Shown here: positions 63,601 to 64,000 of the stretch, piece after piece
How the letters are laid out: every line of letters begins with the position of its first letter
Position numbering within the stretch: position 1 is the first letter of the stretch
Source of the DNA: Camelus dromedarius
Taxonomy: Eukaryota
Direction: 5' to 3'
DNA length: 64,000 bases
NCBI RefSeq assembly: GCF_036321535.1
Contig: NC_087447.1
Coordinates: 47,494,001 to 47,558,000, forward strand
Program-made: the position numbers and the translations under genes
Notes under the pieces: generated by a model
Seen by the model: the letters and a program-made list of their open reading frames with translations, nothing else
Database searches by the model: none
What the model was told of the DNA's origin: nothing

Positions 63601-63931
63601 CTCGAGATGATACTCTTAAGGTCATTGACCTGCGTGTCAGCAATATCCGCCAGGTGTTCAGGTACCTGCCTTATGCCTGCTGACCCTGTGGCATTGGCTG
63701 GGGCAGCTGGGCCTCTTGTCCCTCGTAAAAGACCTGTTAGCAGGGGGCCCTCCCTGGAGGCTTCTCTGGACTAAGGCCTGCTGAGCTGCCCAAACCCTTG
63801 ATGAGAGAGGAAGTGCTAAGTTCCAGGCCAAGGGCAGGGACTGGCAGCCACCTCCATTCTGACCTGACCCCATCTGTTCTCAGAGCTGATGGCTTCAAGT
63901 GTGGCTCTGACTGGACCAAAGCTGTGTTCAG
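51193..63931 (+). CDS. ATG16L2: Autophagy related 16-like 2, exons 1-16 (3'-partial; the remaining WD40 exons lie beyond the window)
   Basis: 16 GT-AG exons, 1673 nt, open when spliced. MAGPEDPGAPAAQWKRHIVRQLRQRDRTQKALFLELVPAY (ATG5-binding helix), then coiled coil and WD40 repeats (DAHLSEVNTVCFGPNSSLLATGGADRLILLWNV; TLSGHADKVTAAKF; VTGSRDRTVKEWDL). Confidence 0.96.
51643..51672 (+). repeat. Poly(T)30 tract in ATG16L2 intron 1
   Basis: 30 consecutive T followed by AG. Confidence 0.9.
53167..53266 (+). CDS. ATG16L2: ATG16L2 exon 2 (NRLLEKAELLARFSEKLQPEPNDVTPATHQGP)
   Basis: CCTAG|AT acceptor, TG|GTAAGT donor. Confidence 0.93.
53844..53946 (+). CDS. ATG16L2: ATG16L2 exon 3 (EEESGPDSDQVPSPAAQRVKWQEEEEGLRLVCGE)
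   Basis: GACAG|G acceptor, GAG|GTAGGC donor. Confidence 0.9.
54444..54565 (-). mobile_element. tRNA-derived camelid-type SINE (Vic-1-like), internally deleted, in ATG16L2 intron 3
   Basis: ggaggtactggggattgaacccagga...tgagctataccctcccc; perfect 14-bp target-site duplication agctgttgtttctg (54430-54443, 54566-54579). Confidence 0.85.
55960..56275 (-). mobile_element. L1MB/L1MC-type 3' end fragment
   Basis: gtaccctttacccagtttcccctagtggttacatctta...catcaagatacagcactatttcatcaccacaaagatctccct. Confidence 0.65.
56940..57135 (+). mobile_element. MIR SINE relic
   Basis: cctgggttca...cacttagctgtgtgactttgggtaagacacttaacctctctgtgtcagt...ctgtaaaatggg...cctggcacacataagtgc. Confidence 0.8.
57539..57612 (+). 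CDS. ATG16L2: ATG16L2 exon 4 (MAYQVVVKSEALGALESQLGERRG)
   Basis: CCGCAG|ATG acceptor, AG|GTGAGG donor. Confidence 0.93.
57909..58160 (+). CDS. ATG16L2: ATG16L2 exon 5 (coiled coil, LAALEARVAQLQE...NLRNERRE)
   Basis: TCCAG|G acceptor, AG|GTGAGA donor, 252 nt. Confidence 0.94.
58279..58344 (+). CDS. ATG16L2: ATG16L2 exon 6 (AKQARVSLELKKAAKRTVSIS)
   Basis: CTTAG|G acceptor, GA|GTAAGA donor. Confidence 0.93.
58691..58804 (+). CDS. ATG16L2: ATG16L2 exon 7 (SPDTLGDGIIEEAETLALAAEPESLESEAGEKWKRPF)
   Basis: TTCCAG|G acceptor, AG|GTGAGG donor. Confidence 0.92.
59821..59883 (+). CDS. ATG16L2: ATG16L2 exon 8 (SASATSLTLSRCVDVVKGLL), 63-nt symmetric exon
   Basis: CCCCAG|G acceptor, GA|GTAAGT donor. Confidence 0.92.
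60467..60575 (+). CDS. ATG16L2: ATG16L2 exon 9 (FKKRRGHSIGGAPEQRYQSIPMCVAARLPTRAQDML)
   Basis: CCCCAG|T acceptor, CTG|GTAAGG donor. Confidence 0.94.
60961..61066 (+). CDS. ATG16L2: ATG16L2 exon 10 (first WD40 repeat)
   Basis: CCACAG|GAT acceptor, G|GTGAGG donor. Confidence 0.95.
61751..61821 (+). CDS. ATG16L2: ATG16L2 exon 11 (RLKANQTLEGAGGSITSVDFDPS)
   Basis: CCCCAG|GT acceptor, TCG|GTGAGG donor. Confidence 0.94.
62106..62177 (+). CDS. ATG16L2: ATG16L2 exon 12 (GSQVLAATYNKAAQLWKVGEAQSK)
   Basis: CCCAG|GGC acceptor, AAG|GTGAGA donor. Confidence 0.93.
62284..62404 (+). CDS. ATG16L2: ATG16L2 exon 13 (ETLSGHADKVTAAKFKLTRHQAVTGSRDRTVKEWDLGRAY)
   Basis: GGCAG|GAG acceptor (G-rich), T|GTGAGG donor. 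Confidence 0.93.
62734..62839 (+). CDS. ATG16L2: ATG16L2 exon 14 (SRTINVISYCNDVVCGDHVIISGHNDQKIRFWDS)
   Basis: CTTAG|GC acceptor, AG|GTTAAC donor. Confidence 0.93.
63512..63661 (+). CDS. ATG16L2: ATG16L2 exon 15 (GPRCIQVIPVQGRVTSLSLSHDQLHLLSCSRDDTLKVIDLRVSNIRQVF)
   Basis: CTCAG|G acceptor, AG|GTACCT donor. Confidence 0.94.
63884..63931 (+). CDS. ATG16L2: ATG16L2 exon 16 (ADGFKCGSDWTKAVF)
   Basis: CTCAG|A acceptor, AG|GTGTGT donor. Confidence 0.93.
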
Positions 63932-64000
63932 GTGTGTCCATAAGAGTGCAGTGCCTGTGCCTGAGTGTGCCCCATCTGACTGTGTCTGTCGGTGTGTGTC

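Overview
Mammalian genomic DNA, most likely a camelid judging from three Vic-1-type tRNA-derived SINEs and the apparent lack of Alu, B1 or BovA elements. It covers the ARAP1-STARD10-ATG16L2 syntenic block. The minus strand carries a probable ARAP1 long-isoform CpG promoter (~5.4-6.2 kb; no ARAP1 coding exon in the window) and a complete STARD10 gene: 6 coding exons, 876 nt, 291 aa, all introns GT-AG, with CpG promoters at ~30.2-30.95 kb and ~40.0-40.8 kb. The plus strand carries ATG16L2 exons 1-16 (frame intact; the gene runs off the right edge). The rest is intron/intergenic DNA with MIR, L2, L1, MaLR/ERV LTR and hAT relics. I see no prokaryote-type system and no new protein-coding gene; most listed ORFs look like GC-rich noise. 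The best leads are: a stop-free in-frame STARD10 leader with strong-context GUG/CUG codons; a near-perfect 131-bp dispersed duplication in STARD10 intron 1; a T30-driven candidate poison exon and two atypical splice sites in ATG16L2; and a kB/GC/CRE module at the ATG16L2 promoter. Gene and repeat names come from recognising sequences by eye, not from database searches.
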